Positions 45,437-54,460 of a DNA stretch of 64,000 nt are shown in pieces. Position numbers and translations under genes: made by a program. A model generated the notes under the pieces. That model saw only the letters and a list, made by a program, of their open reading frames with translations, was not told the DNA's origin and made no database searches. Origin of the DNA: Candidatus Micrarchaeota archaeon (GTDB taxonomy: Archaea > B1Sed10-29 > B47-G15). Location: contig QMVG01000003.1 of the NCBI GenBank assembly GCA_003660975.1, positions 53,235 to 117,234 of the forward strand, written 5' to 3'. Positions within the stretch are counted from its first letter, which is position 1. Each line of letters begins with the position of its first letter.

Positions 45437-46594
45437 ATGAAAAAGATTTTCGGGGTAAACTTTAACATTTTTCTTTTAGGTCTCGTGAGTACAATAACAG
45501 ACACAGGAAGCAAGATGATATTGCCGATACTGCCAATGTTCATAAAATCCCTGGGCGGAGCAGGCATTGCTGTGGGTATTGTTGGAGGTGTTTCAGAAAG
45601 CATTGCCAGTCTTTTGAAGGTCTTTTCTGGCTATTTCTCGGACAGGATAGGCAAAAGAAAACCATTCATATATACAGGCTATGCCTTGTCATCTGTTGCA
45701 AAGCTTTTGATGGGACTTTCAAGCTCTTGGTTGCATATACTCTTGCTGAAACCATTGGAGCGTGTGGGAAAAGGTCTTAGATCTGCCCCGAGAGATGCTT
45801 TGATAAGGCACTTTTCCAAAGAATCAAATATAGGTAAGGGCTTTGGCTTTCATAGGATGATGGACAGCCTAGGCTCTGTTATAGGTTCAATAATCGCTCT
45901 TATACTTATTGCCCATTTCAATTTCAGTTTTGCTTCAGTGATTATGGCAGCGGGTATCTTGTCTATTTTTGCCCTTTTGCCTCTTCACTTTGTAAAAGAA
46001 CGAAAGTCAAGGCCTTTGAGGAGGAAATTGTTGGCGAGCTTCTCAGAGCTGCCTGCGAACTTAAAACTTTTCATAGCCATTGCCTCTCTTTTCGCTCTTG
46101 CAAATTTCTCATATATGTTCTTTATACTTCGTGCACAGGTAGGTTTTTCTGGCATTAATAGGGTGGCAATCCCAATCATTATGTACACGATATATCAAGC
46201 TGTGTACACAATTTTGTCAGAGCCTGTTGGTAGTGCTTCTGATAGGTTTGGCAGGAGAGCTATGATACAAATAGGATATCTGCTCTTTGCACTGACCTGT
46301 TTTATTTTGTATTTTATGCAATCCTTTGCAGCTCTTTTAATAGCCTTTTTGCTGTATGGGGCAAGCTTAGCTTTTGTTGATGCAATGCAAAGGGCCTTTG
46401 CCTCTGAATTGGCTCCTAAGGAAATCTTGGGAACTTCAATGGGTCTCTTTCATACATCTATAGGCATTATGTCACTCCCAGCGAGCGTGATAGCTGGTTT
46501 TTTATGGGAAACAGTGAGCCCAGAGGCAGTGTTCTTATACGGTGCCCTTATTTCTCTGCTAGCCGCACTGCTTCTGAAAGGTGTTAAGAAATAG
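45437..46594 (+). CDS. MFS transporter
   Basis: SDRIGKRK, RVGKG.R.APRDA, SDRFGRR. Confidence 0.9.
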   Translation: MKKIFGVNFNIFLLGLVSTITDTGSKMILPILPMFIKSLGGAGIAVGIVGGVSESIASLLKVFSGYFSDRIGKRKPFIYTGYALSSVAKLLMGLSSSWLHILLLKPLERVGKGLRSAPRDALIRHFSKESNIGKGFGFHRMMDSLGSVIGSIIALILIAHFNFSFASVIMAAGILSIFALLPLHFVKERKSRPLRRKLLASFSELPANLKLFIAIASLFALANFSYMFFILRAQVGFSGINRVAIPIIMYTIYQAVYTILSEPVGSASDRFGRRAMIQIGYLLFALTCFILYFMQSFAALLIAFLLYGASLAFVDAMQRAFASELAPKEILGTSMGLFHTSIGIMSLPASVIAGFLWETVSPEAVFLYGALISLLAALLLKGVKK

Positions 46595-46595
46595 C

Positions 46596-47636
46596 TTACT
46601 TTGCCTTGTATACCTTAACCACAGGCCATGAAATCTCTATCCTCTCCTTTTCAAACGCCTTGTTCAATGCCTTAATAAACTCATGCGCCAGCTTCTTTTT
46701 CTTAGAAGCTTCGACTGCTTTTAGATATACAACAAAATTGATATTTGAATCTCCGAAGTCGGTAAAGAACATGGATGGTTCGGCATTTTTATCTGCAACG
46801 TCTGATGTTTTAATGACTTGTTTAGCAGTTTTTAAAGTGACTTTCTCAACCTTTTCTAAGTTAGAGCCATATGCAACACCACAGTTCACTGCAACTGTCA
46901 CAGAGCTGACTGGTTCTGAAGTGTTCTTTACAATGCTATTTGCCAATTTATCATTTGGAATAACATATATATCATTGCCCAGAGTTCTTATTCTGGTGGA
47001 CCTCCAACTTATGTCTTCTACCCATCCAGATATATCTCCCATTTCTATGAAATCGCCAACATTAATGTACTTGTCAGATATCACATAAATACCAGCAAAG
47101 AAGTTCGACAAGGTGCTTTGTAGTGCCAGGCCTATTGCCAAGCCTCCAATTCCAAGTGTGGCTATCAGAGGAGTTATTGATATATGAAAGTAGTCAAGGA
47201 CAACTAGTATCGCAATAAGGTAAACAAAGGCGCTCACTATCCTGTTTATCAGCTGAGGTGTTTTTTTGAACCTTTTGCTAACGCTAAGCCACTTAAACAC
47301 GAAGATCTTGAATATGTCTGCCACTGCTTTACTTATTATCAACACATAAAGCAAGAAGAAAATGTGAGACACGATCCCTTCATACCCTCTAATGTAGGAC
47401 ACAGAGCTAAGCGATAGCTGTAGACCAGCAAGCAATGTAAGGATGTATATAGGCTTTATCAATACCTGCAATATTTTGTCGTCAATGTCTGTCTTTGTTT
47501 TTTCAGTGAGCTTTTTCATATATGTCTCTAAAATAAAGTGGATTAGTTTAGCAACAAGCAGTGAAACCGCGAGTATAATCACTATGTATAACCATTCTGG
47601 AACTCCAAAAGAAGACAACACCGTCAACAAATTCAT
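46596..47636 (-). CDS. mscS: Small-conductance mechanosensitive channel
   Basis: GLAIGLALQ..LSN, VGD.I, IPN, FGDSNINF. Confidence 0.9.
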   Translation of the reverse strand: MNLLTVLSSFGVPEWLYIVIILAVSLLVAKLIHFILETYMKKLTEKTKTDIDDKILQVLIKPIYILTLLAGLQLSLSSVSYIRGYEGIVSHIFFLLYVLIISKAVADIFKIFVFKWLSVSKRFKKTPQLINRIVSAFVYLIAILVVLDYFHISITPLIATLGIGGLAIGLALQSTLSNFFAGIYVISDKYINVGDFIEMGDISGWVEDISWRSTRIRTLGNDIYVIPNDKLANSIVKNTSEPVSSVTVAVNCGVAYGSNLEKVEKVTLKTAKQVIKTSDVADKNAEPSMFFTDFGDSNINFVVYLKAVEASKKKKLAHEFIKALNKAFEKERIEISWPVVKVYKAK

Positions 47637-47648
47637 CTAATGCCCCTC

Positions 47649-47680
47649 TTTTACCTTTTAAACTTTTTACCTTTTAAACT
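47649..47680. repeat. 16-bp tandem duplication over the mscS promoter
   Basis: TTTTACCTTTTAAACT x2. Confidence 0.8.
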
Positions 47681-47682
47681 TT

Positions 47683-48111
47683 CTATTTTTTATTAGATCT
47701 CTTTAATATTATTTTATTAGCATTTTGTTTAAATGTTATATCAAACAATTCAAAAAACACCCTGCCTAGAATCAAGTCAGGGCAGTCATACTTCTTGCTT
47801 TTTGGAAATAACACAGGCAGATAATTAAAGCGATATCTCCTATTGCCTTTATGTATGACCAAGGCATCTATCTTTGAAGGGTAAAGTGTTATCCTCTGTC
47901 CTATGGTTTCTACATCCTCCTTTTTTCCTAAAGATTTTAGGCCAAGGAGCTTACTGATTTCATATGGAATATATATTGCATCAGAACCTGAATCCACAAG
48001 AGCAGCGAACTCATAATAATTATCGTTGTTCATTATCTTAATTGGGATTTTAGGTAATTTCCTTTGCTCTCCATCAAATTTCTCAGTCTTATAATTGAAA
48101 ATAAGCGACAC
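47683..48111 (-). CDS. Retropepsin-like (clan AA) aspartic protease
   Basis: ALVDSGS, ILGR..F. Confidence 0.85.
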   Translation of the reverse strand: MSLIFNYKTEKFDGEQRKLPKIPIKIMNNDNYYEFAALVDSGSDAIYIPYEISKLLGLKSLGKKEDVETIGQRITLYPSKIDALVIHKGNRRYRFNYLPVLFPKSKKYDCPDLILGRVFFELFDITFKQNANKIILKRSNKK

Positions 48112-48122
48112 TCAACACACCT

Positions 48123-48314
48123 TCAAAGCATATGTGGGTTTTGTGAAGGCACTTTTGCTATAAACAATTTGATATTTGGATGCTTCTTTTTGATTGATTC
48201 AACCATCTTTTTTACATCCTGCCCAGCTTTCACAATAGAACCATTAGCTATAATAACCCACATACCTGCATACTGCGATAAATCTGCATTTAAATATGCT
48301 CTGTAATTATCCAT
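48123..48314 (-). CDS. DUF5678-family small protein
   Basis: YAGMWVII..G.IV.AG...V..KVP; GAGGT RBS. Confidence 0.75.
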   Translation of the reverse strand: MDNYRAYLNADLSQYAGMWVIIANGSIVKAGQDVKKMVESIKKKHPNIKLFIAKVPSQNPHML

Positions 48315-48364
48315 TATTATTACCTCAATAGATTGAATAAGCCCCAGACATTTTTAAACTTTGT

Positions 48365-48624
48365 GGACAGTTGGCTATAGGCTCCCTTCTGTTTTCAGGC
48401 AGCATTCTACTAAGCGGCCATTTGGCCTTGCACCCACGTGGCGGCCGTTTCATCCCCCTGCACACAAGTCATACTGGGTAATCATCCTTAACGTGCGCAG
48501 CAGGTGTCGTTTCTGCTCCGCCACGGCCCATCTCTGGGCGCGTCCTTCCAGACGCTTTAGCCCTTGCGGGCGGGTGGGGAGACCTTCCTCAGCCTTTCGG
48601 CCGTAAGCTGCCAGCCAACTGTCC
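48365..48624 (-). ncRNA. rnpB: RNase P RNA (compact archaeal type)
   Basis: P1 GGACAGTTGGCT/AGCCAACTGTCC; CR-I GAGGAAGGTCTCC pairs with CR-V AACAGAAGGGAGCCT; GAAAC motifs; TATA upstream. Confidence 0.9.
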
Positions 48625-48657
48625 CTATAATTTTACCCTCTTTTCCACTATATAAAG

Positions 48658-49116
48658 CTATTTCAGCAGGCTTTCTGCTATATTTCCGCATATCGGGAAC
48701 TTATACATTTCTCCCTGGTATGCTTTCAGCATGCCCACTATCCACAGTATGAAGGCTATTAGCGATAACAGCCAGTTGACTATCATGAGCGGGTATGCTA
48801 TTAGTCCCACTGCCAGTGCCCCTATTATCCACTGAAGTACTACTATGCTTAAGAAAGTCACTGTAGACTGCATTGCGTGGAATCTCACGAATCTATTCTT
48901 TTCTATTATTAGGAATATTATTCCTGTTACGAAACCTAGCAAATAAGCAAGCAGTCCCTCTATGTTCTCTCCGAGACCCAAGGCAGTTTTAGCTGTTGCA
49001 GTTTTTTTAGCTGTTGTTTTCTGCGCACTCTTTTTAGCGTAGCTTGCCTTTCTGGTAGTGGGTTTTCTTTTCGTGCTTCTACTTCTCGCACTTTTTCTCT
49101 TTGACTTAGCAGCCAC
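48658..49116 (-). CDS. DUF4870-family membrane protein with basic low-complexity N-terminal tail
   Basis: LAYLLG..TG...L..EK..FVRFHAMQS, KAYQGE..K.P. Confidence 0.85.
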   Translation of the reverse strand: MAAKSKRKSARSRSTKRKPTTRKASYAKKSAQKTTAKKTATAKTALGLGENIEGLLAYLLGFVTGIIFLIIEKNRFVRFHAMQSTVTFLSIVVLQWIIGALAVGLIAYPLMIVNWLLSLIAFILWIVGMLKAYQGEMYKFPICGNIAESLLK

Positions 49117-49273
49117 TTAATCACCTCTTGAACATTATATTAACATAAAACACAAAACACTTTTTAAATGTGTCGATGAAAATACTTAAAAATATTTGCT
49201 CTTTAAAAAAGATTTCGAAAAGTTTATATAAATTTTTTTGCACTATATTCGCAAAAATAAAAGAGGTGTTGAG

Positions 49274-49876
49274 ATGAAGAGAGGACATGCTATAATAATT
49301 GCATTCGTTGCAATTGCCCTGCTGCTTTTAGTTCCTCTTGCACTCTCATGGAAGCCAAAGTGGTTTTCTAGGCAATTTTGGAGGAGAGTGGCATGCAATG
49401 ACGGCATAGACAATGATGGCGATGGGTATACAGATTATCCTGCTGACCCTGGGTGTAAGAGAAGGTGGGATAGGAGCGAATTGAATAGGTTTATAGAATG
49501 CGATGACGGCATAGACAACGATGGCGACGGTTATATAGACCGCAGTGATGCTGGTTGCTCATCTCCGAGGGATAATGACGAAAGCAATTGTGGAGATGGT
49601 ATTTGCGAGGGAGGAGAAACACACCAGACATGTTCTGCAGATTGCACACCACCTGATTCCTGTTCTGAAACAGATAGTGGTTTTGACATTTGGAACCAAG
49701 GCAGCACTTATGGATATAGGAATGGCAACGCATACAATAATACAGATTTCTGTGATAACTCCACAAGTCTTATAGAGTATTATTGTTCAGGAACGAGCTG
49801 CTCGATGGCTGGTGTTGATTGCAGCAATTACAACGCCACATGTAACAATGGAGCCTGTCAATTACAACCACAATAA
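49274..49876 (+). CDS. Secreted Cys-rich protein with Ca-binding CxDGIDNDGDG repeats
   Basis: Signal peptide; two CxDGIDNDGDGYxD..D.GC repeats; CGDG.C; C.ETD.G..EYYC. Confidence 0.8.
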   Translation: MKRGHAIIIAFVAIALLLLVPLALSWKPKWFSRQFWRRVACNDGIDNDGDGYTDYPADPGCKRRWDRSELNRFIECDDGIDNDGDGYIDRSDAGCSSPRDNDESNCGDGICEGGETHQTCSADCTPPDSCSETDSGFDIWNQGSTYGYRNGNAYNNTDFCDNSTSLIEYYCSGTSCSMAGVDCSNYNATCNNGACQLQPQ

Positions 49877-49977
49877 CCTTTTATTTTTTCTTGACCTCTC
49901 ACTGCTTGCTGGTGAGATAGTGAAGGGCCTTAGGCCCTTCTAAACATCCTTATTAATTTTAACAGAGTAATTATTAT

Positions 49978-50019
49978 ATGGCAGTAAAAATAGTCTCATG
50001 GAATGTCAATGGCATATAG
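49978..50019 (+). pseudogene. 5' remnant of the exonuclease III gene (MAVKIVSWNVNGI*)
   Basis: 49987-50016 is identical over 30 bp to 51604-51633. Confidence 0.7.
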
Positions 50020-50102
50020 ATACATATTTATATAAAAAAATATAAAAAGAGTATTACTCATTGTTAGCACGATATTTAACAAACACACTAAAGGTTTTAG
50101 AA

Positions 50103-51554
50103 ATGACTGAGTATGATAAGACTTCTGATGCTATTGTGGCACTAAAGGAGATTTTTGAAAATCCTTTAGTAAGATTAATACTGAAATATTTTATTTCTAA
50201 GGAAAGGCTTGACAGAGCACTTGAGATTTACTGTGGTCTTGATAAACCACACAACGTATCAGAGGAAATAAACGCCTTTCTCGTCTCTTATGCAGTAAAC
50301 AAAGGTGCAGCAGTTTTTGGAAAAAAGAGGCAGGATTTTATAGAATATTTTAAGAACCCTGTTCCTAGAAGGGGCTTGAATCTAGTGTTGAGGAGCATAG
50401 TAGAGTATGGAATTACAAAGCCCCAGAAGCTTGTTGCTCCTTTTCTAGTTGTTTGGGACAGCACTTTAATGTGTAATTTAAGGTGTAAGCACTGTTATGC
50501 AAGCGCAGGGGTAAGCACACCTCCCCCTGACGAGCTGAACACAGAACAAAGGAAGCAGGTTATAGATCAGCTTGATGAAGCAGGAGTTGTGGCCATTGCT
50601 TTTTCAGGTGGAGAACCTCTTATGAGGCCTGATTTCTTTGAGATAGCAAAATATGCTCATGAAAAAGGAATGTTTATAAGTGTTGCCTCAAATGGCACTC
50701 TGATAACGAAACAAATTGCCAAGAAGCTAAAGCAGGTCGGTGTTGGTTATATAGAAATAAGCCTTGACCATAGCTCTCCAAAAATTCACGATGAGTTCAG
50801 AGGAGTGAAAGGGGCATGGAAAAGAGCTGTACAAGGAATAAAAAACTGCGTTGAAGCAGGGTTATTTACCTGTATAGCCACGACTGCCACCCAACATAAC
50901 TACGACGATATTCCCAAAATGATTAAGCTGGCCAAGAAACTGAAGGCTAACAGGTTTGTTGTTTTCAATTTCATTCCAACAGGAAGAGGAAATGAGATAA
51001 AGAAATGGGACTTAACACCACAGCAGAGAGAAGATTTGATGAATCTGCTTTATGATGAACTTGAAAAGGAAGGAGGTATGCAGTCTTTTTCTACATGTCC
51101 TGCTTATGCCAGGATAAGCATGGAAAGAGTTATGGCAGGAAAGGGAAAGACTGTTGCTCCCACACATTTCGCAGGAGCCTCTCTCCATGGAAAAGCCATA
51201 GCCATTGCGGAGTTCATTGGGGGTTGTGGAGCAGGAAGAAACTATTGCTCGATAGAATACAACGGAGATATGCAGCCCTGTGTGTTTATCCCAATTACTA
51301 TTGGCAATGTTTTGAAAGATGGTTTTGAGAATGTGTGGAAAAATTCAGAACTTCTTAATAAAATGAGAAACAGAGAACTCTTAAAAGATGGCTGTGGAGA
51401 ATGTCCTTACAAATATATATGTGGAGGGTGTAGGGCAAGGGCGTATGCTTGCACTGGGGACATTATGGCGTCTGACCCTGGATGTCTTTTTGTAAAAAAG
51501 TTTGAAGAAGAGCACCAACCAGAAAATCAGGCGATGCAGATTTTTTGGCTTTGA
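50103..51554 (+). CDS. Radical SAM/SPASM domain protein with N-terminal extension
   Basis: CNLRCKHC, SGGEP, GCGAG..G..QPC, CGEC.....CGGCRARA..DP.C. Confidence 0.9.
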   Translation: MTEYDKTSDAIVALKEIFENPLVRLILKYFISKERLDRALEIYCGLDKPHNVSEEINAFLVSYAVNKGAAVFGKKRQDFIEYFKNPVPRRGLNLVLRSIVEYGITKPQKLVAPFLVVWDSTLMCNLRCKHCYASAGVSTPPPDELNTEQRKQVIDQLDEAGVVAIAFSGGEPLMRPDFFEIAKYAHEKGMFISVASNGTLITKQIAKKLKQVGVGYIEISLDHSSPKIHDEFRGVKGAWKRAVQGIKNCVEAGLFTCIATTATQHNYDDIPKMIKLAKKLKANRFVVFNFIPTGRGNEIKKWDLTPQQREDLMNLLYDELEKEGGMQSFSTCPAYARISMERVMAGKGKTVAPTHFAGASLHGKAIAIAEFIGGCGAGRNYCSIEYNGDMQPCVFIPITIGNVLKDGFENVWKNSELLNKMRNRELLKDGCGECPYKYICGGCRARAYACTGDIMASDPGCLFVKKFEEEHQPENQAMQIFWL

Positions 51555-51591
51555 AAATATTCCTTCTTATTTTATTAATGAGAAATGAGCA

Positions 51592-52365
51592 ATGATAATC
51601 ATGAAAATAGTCTCATGGAATGTCAATGGCATACGGGCCTGCTATAAGAAGGGGTTTCTTGACTGGCTAGAGAAGGAAAAACCAGATGTTCTGTGCATTC
51701 AAGAAACAAAGTCAAAGTCTGAGCAGCTGCCAGAGAAACTTAGGAAAGCAAAAAATTACTATGTTTATTGGGCTGACGCTGTCAGACCTGGTTATTCTGG
51801 AACTGCTCTTTTTAGCTTGAGAAAACCAGCACAAGTGGAGATTGGCATAGGAATCAAAAAGTATGACGATGAAGGCAGGACGATAATAGCTGATTACGGT
51901 GATTTTGTTCTTTTCAATTCCTATTACCCAAATGGCAGGCATGACCTGTCAAGAGTGGGCTTTAAATTAGAGTATTACGATGCAATAATGAAAAAGGCAA
52001 AGCAACTTGTTGATGACGGCAGGAATGTTATTTTGACAGGGGATTTTAACACAGCACATAAGGAAATAGACCTTGCAAGACCTAAGGAAAACGAAAAGAA
52101 CACTGGCTTTCTCCCAGAAGAGCGAAAGAAGATAGACGAGCTAATAGAGCTTGGTTTTGTTGACACGTTTAGGGTTTTTACAAAAGAGGGAGGTCATTAC
52201 ACCTGGTGGTCTATGAGAACAAAGGCAAGGGAAAGAAATGTTGGATGGCGCTTGGACTACTTTTTCGTGAATCGCTCTTTTTTGCCGAGGGTTAAAGCTT
52301 CATACATGCTCACAGATGTTATGGGTTCTGATCACTGTCCGATAGTATTGGAGTTAAAGGAGTGA
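51592..52365 (+). CDS. xth: Exodeoxyribonuclease III / AP endonuclease
   Basis: SWNVNGIR, QETK, GDFN, YTWW, GWRLDY, GSDHCP. Confidence 0.95.
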   Translation: MIIMKIVSWNVNGIRACYKKGFLDWLEKEKPDVLCIQETKSKSEQLPEKLRKAKNYYVYWADAVRPGYSGTALFSLRKPAQVEIGIGIKKYDDEGRTIIADYGDFVLFNSYYPNGRHDLSRVGFKLEYYDAIMKKAKQLVDDGRNVILTGDFNTAHKEIDLARPKENEKNTGFLPEERKKIDELIELGFVDTFRVFTKEGGHYTWWSMRTKARERNVGWRLDYFFVNRSFLPRVKASYMLTDVMGSDHCPIVLELKE

Positions 52366-52369
52366 GGGA

Positions 52370-52741
52370 ATGGAGTCAGTTCAAAGGAAATCAATTCTGA
52401 TAAGCGCCTTTCTAATCTTGGTTGTTTTTGCAGCGATAATCCTGTCTTTTTTCAACGCAGGCAAAAAGGCAGAGTCCGAATGGCTTAGCCAGAAAGAAAT
52501 GGCAGTGATTGCATGCGAGTCACTTTGCAGAGAAGTAAAAGGTGACATTGATTTTAACAGAGGCCCTTGCTTGTCAGATAAATATGCATTTGCTGTTCGT
52601 GATTGGGTCTGCGATATAGCACACAACCCGAGGAGCTACATAGACAATATGCCTGAAAACCAATGCAGGGATTTCAGGGAAGGAAAGGCCCACCACTTCG
52701 TAGAGTTAGATGAAAACTGTCAGCTGATTAGGGCAGTTTGA
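52370..52741 (+). CDS. Membrane-anchored Cys-rich hypothetical protein
   Basis: TM segment plus GPCL, WVCDIAH.PR, NQC, HFVE.D..C. Confidence 0.7.
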   Translation: MESVQRKSILISAFLILVVFAAIILSFFNAGKKAESEWLSQKEMAVIACESLCREVKGDIDFNRGPCLSDKYAFAVRDWVCDIAHNPRSYIDNMPENQCRDFREGKAHHFVELDENCQLIRAV

Positions 52742-52784
52742 GGCTTACAAAACATTTATTAGCTTCTGGTCCCAAAAAGAAAGC

Positions 52785-53360
52785 ATGCAGCTTGACGAGA
52801 TTGCAGAGCAGATATTAGCTTGCAGGAGATGTCCCTTGCACCAGCACAGGACAAGGCCAGTTCCAGGAGAAGGTCCTGCGAATGCCAAGCTCATGCTGGT
52901 CGGTGAGGCCCCTGGCAGGTTTGAGGATAAAAGCGGGAAACCTTTTGTTGGCGCTGCTGGCAAATTTTTAGATGAGTTGCTGTCCATTGCTGGTCTAAAG
53001 CGCTCTGATGTTTTCATAGGCAATGTGGTTAAATGCAGGCCACCCAACAACAGAGACCCTCTTGAATCTGAGATAAAAGCATGTAGCCCCTGGCTTGACA
53101 TGCAGTTTAATGTTATAAGGCCAAGGCTTGTTGTAAGTCTCGGTCGCTTTTCAATGGATTTTTTCCTGGAAAAATTTGCCTTGCCAAAAAAGAACATATC
53201 AGAAATCCACGGCCAGGTGTTTAAGGTTGATACCCTTATGTGGCACGGTTATTTTGTTCCTATGTATCATCCTGCTGCTGCTCTTTACAGGGGAAATGTA
53301 AAAGAAGAGCAGATAAACGATTGGAAGATATTAGCTGACTTTATTAAGCAGAGATTGTAA
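52785..53360 (+). CDS. udg: Uracil-DNA glycosylase, family 4
   Basis: CRRC, GEAPG..ED..G.PFVG, KCRPP.NR.P, YHPAA. Confidence 0.93.
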   Translation: MQLDEIAEQILACRRCPLHQHRTRPVPGEGPANAKLMLVGEAPGRFEDKSGKPFVGAAGKFLDELLSIAGLKRSDVFIGNVVKCRPPNNRDPLESEIKACSPWLDMQFNVIRPRLVVSLGRFSMDFFLEKFALPKKNISEIHGQVFKVDTLMWHGYFVPMYHPAAALYRGNVKEEQINDWKILADFIKQRL

Positions 53361-53378
53361 AACTCTTTAACCTTTTCC

Positions 53379-53752
53379 CTATTGAATTTCCTCTTTTTTC
53401 CTTCTCAAAAAAGGAAGCTCCCAAGCAGGCTCTTTGGAATTCCATTTTTTCACGTTTTCCTCGCTTTTCCACTTTTTGGCCTTTTCGTTGAATATTGCCT
53501 CAAAGTCCTTTTCAGTGATCTTGTTTCTTACCTTCTCTGGCAGGCTTTTCCACAGAAGGACCTTGACGAAGTTTGCGTTCATATGGGGACTTAGCTTTTC
53601 AAGTGACTTCTCCACACTTTTCTCCAATATGCCCGACTCTGCTTTGCTCAGCTTTTTTGGATTTATCTGTTTGCTATTCTTTCTCTATAAGCACTGCTCC
53701 TAAGCGCTTCTGAGAAAGGATTCTTTTTGCGTTTTGCATAAATTTTTGACAT
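53379..53752 (-). pseudogene. Basic orphan gene split by an apparent 1-nt frameshift
   Basis: MSKIYAKRKKNP...RERIA (ATG 53752) joins the downstream frame KQINPKK...EEIQ if one A is added near 53672. Confidence 0.45.
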
Positions 53753-53841
53753 ACTTAAACTAAGGCCCGCAGATATAAATTATTTTCCTAAGCTTTGCAA
53801 AAAGTTTTTATTTAACCTGCTTTTTAATATACCTGATCAAA

Positions 53842-54438
53842 ATGGTAAGAAAGAGAAGACTGAAAAGAGTCTCAACGATATCTAAAGAGGCATATTTTAA
53901 GGGAGTGAGGACAGACAGCGTGAGGCATCTCCCAAAACCCCTTGCTGAAGAGGTTTCCAAGACCCTTAAACAGCTTTATGAGAAAGAAAAAAAGCAGTAC
54001 TTGACAGCAGAGGAAAGAAAAAAGGCTGTTGTTGAGTTGGTTGCCCTCAGGGAAAAGATAAGTGGGATAAAAAGCGAAAGCGCAAAGAAGATATTAAAGC
54101 AGATTGAGAGCACGTTATATGCTCTGTCTGAACCAAAGATAAAGCTGAAAGGCAAGAGAAAGCTGAGCCCAGAAGAATTTGACGTTTTTATGGGTCTGCA
54201 GAAAAAGGAATTTATGAGGCTTAAGGAGAAAAGCAAGGAATTACTGAAGAGCGCGGGCAATTTAACATACGTTCCCTATGCAGAGAGAAAAGAGTTAGTA
54301 GAGGAGATATCGCGGGATATGAAAATTCTCAGCGATTACATGGAGCACGCTCCAGACGAGGCAAGCAAACAGAAATTGCGTTTCTTGGCAAATAAATTGA
54401 AAAAGCTGGAAGAAAAGCTTATCCTGCCTAAAAAATAG
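53842..54438 (+). CDS. Basic helical orphan protein
   Basis: MVRKRRLKR; own TATA. Confidence 0.7.
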   Translation: MVRKRRLKRVSTISKEAYFKGVRTDSVRHLPKPLAEEVSKTLKQLYEKEKKQYLTAEERKKAVVELVALREKISGIKSESAKKILKQIESTLYALSEPKIKLKGKRKLSPEEFDVFMGLQKKEFMRLKEKSKELLKSAGNLTYVPYAERKELVEEISRDMKILSDYMEHAPDEASKQKLRFLANKLKKLEEKLILPKK

Positions 54439-54460
54439 TTTTATAGTTCATTTTCCTTAT

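Noticed and set aside
48361-48752. 81-aa and 62-aa plus-strand ORFs
   Set aside because: Antisense to the RNase P RNA and the DUF4870 gene
49396-49545. DNA repeat GACGGCATAGACAA.GATGGCGA.GG
   Set aside because: Explained by the duplicated protein motif DGIDNDGDG
50103-51554. Assignment as a specific enzyme (AhbC/D, PqqE, lipid-modifying radical SAM)
   Set aside because: No pathway neighbours, and the motifs are not diagnostic without a search
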